Positions 62,677-64,000 of a stretch of 64,000 nucleotides of DNA are shown in pieces. A program made the position numbers and the translations under genes. The notes below the pieces were generated by a model that searched no databases, was not told the origin of the DNA, and saw only the letters and a list, made by a program, of their open reading frames with translations. Location: contig JBHGNT010000004.1 of NCBI GenBank assembly GCA_043228905.1, forward strand, positions 7,502,001 through 7,566,000, written 5' to 3'. How positions within the stretch are numbered: the stretch's first letter is position 1; the number at the start of each line of letters is the position of its first letter. This DNA comes from Azolla caroliniana (lineage: Eukaryota; Plantae; Polypodiophyta).

Positions 62677-63393
62677 ACGTGGTCTACCACTCTCGGACGA
62701 AGCACATCGAGAGGAGATATCACTAGCTACGAGAGAAGGTAGAAGATAAAGAGTTCATGCTAACGAAGATCCATACAAAGGAGAACGGGTCGGACACGTT
62801 GACCAAGGTGTTGTCAACAGACAAGCTAGACATGTGCCAAAGACGGATCGGAATGACAAGATGTCCCATGCCGGAGTGAAGGCAGAGCTTGTTGGGAATT
62901 CGGTCCCTCCGGATCCCATCCGGAGGAGCCGAACCGGACGGATCCGGTGTGAACCGAATCCAGGGACATATCATTAAATATGCTTCTAGTGTGCCTGTCA
63001 TGGCCATATTTGTAAATAGTCCTAAATTCATATAAGTATAAATATGACTTAGGGAAGTCACTTTATTAATAATGTGCATAGAGACATTGTTGTATAGACA
63101 CATAGAGACAGTGTGTGAGATACAGAAAGTTTTTCTCTTGTAACCGTCAATTTGCGAAGACATAGAGCTCGAGGTCATTGCCTCCAAGTCTCATTCCGTT
63201 GTACCCCTCTCTATAATGATTCTGTTCGGAGTCTATGGGTTCCCATGGTTTTTCCCAATTAGAGTTTTCCACGTAAACATCTAGTGTTGTCTCATTCTGT
63301 GTAAGTGCACAAATCGTCTTATTCCTATTTCCTGTTTCTCCTTCCATTGTGAGTTTAAGACTCGGTTGTGGCCGAGCACTATTTCCTCTCAAC

Positions 63394-64000
63394 TTGATGT
63401 GTCGAACTTGAGGGAGAGAGTAGAGTCAACTAAGGAAGCTGAATCCAAGAAGAGAACGACTGGAAGAAAATCGGCTAAGAGAAGAACAACCGACTATAGG
63501 GGGAGCGGAACGAGATAGTCGGAGCCGGAGACAACCGAATAAGGGGGAGGTGGAGGCAAGAGAGAGGCAAGACAAGTAGCAAAGCCAAGAAGGGTAGAGC
63601 CAAGGCCAGGACCAGGACATGGTCGGATGTGGTGAAGGGCCTAGAGGAGGATGAATCAGAGACAACCGATTTGGACAAGATGAGTGATTTGGACGAGCCG
63701 AATCACGTGAAGGCCAAACGGATGAAAAGTAGCCAAAGAAAATGTGAAGGCAAGAGAGCCAACGGATCAAGGGGCGCTGAAGTCGCAGAGGCAAGGGGAA
63801 GGTCATCGAGGGCCTTGAGATCATAAAAGTCGATCGAGCAAGTCAAGAAGCGCGGGACCGGACGGGTCGTGGAGAGGGGGCAAGAAGGCAAGTAGCCATG
63901 AGGTGTTGGAGCAGTGGACCAACTGGAGTTGATGAAGAACCTCAAGTTGAGCTTGAGGGGGAGTGTTGAGAGACTAGCTCAACATGAGTCGAAAGGCTCT
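63394..64000 (+). mobile_element. 3' end of a Copia element: 3' UTR, PPT 63954-63963, LTR starting at 63964
   Basis: GAGGGGGAG TGTTGAGAGACTAGCTCAACA resembles the LTR start at 2817. Confidence 0.8.

Larger units (their letters stand above)
58468..63393 (+). mobile_element. Decayed Tork-like Copia lacking its 5' end; 3' LTR about 62890-63393
   Basis: WVVDSGASFH, integrase, QLDVKTAFL, LYVDDM and RNase H pieces; PPT-like GAAGGCAGAG then TGTTGGG. Confidence 0.85.

Overview
This window is gene-free eukaryotic heterochromatin, most likely from a moss or other bryophyte (inferred from the element lineages). It is almost entirely nested, decayed retroelements: about 9 Ty1/Copia pieces, two related non-chromovirus Gypsy elements plus solo LTRs, two Tcn1-like chromoviruses, one further Gypsy element with an extra 3' ORF, a split LINE and two hAT-like MITEs. 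I found no host genes, rRNA, true tRNA or CRISPR, and nearly all coding regions carry C>T/G>A stops. TSDs show that one Gypsy element spans 4229-48394 inside a Copia element. Main observations: (1) Gypsy 24358-37892 has an inverted second tRNA-Arg-like primer site where the polypurine tract should be; (2) all five insertions with 4-bp TSDs are centred on a CpG; (3) both chromovirus LTRs contain a tRNA-like A/B-box, and one shows self-priming complementarity; (4) a conserved GGATTTT -1 frameshift signal lies between protease and RT. Everything was read by eye, so lineage names are tentative.
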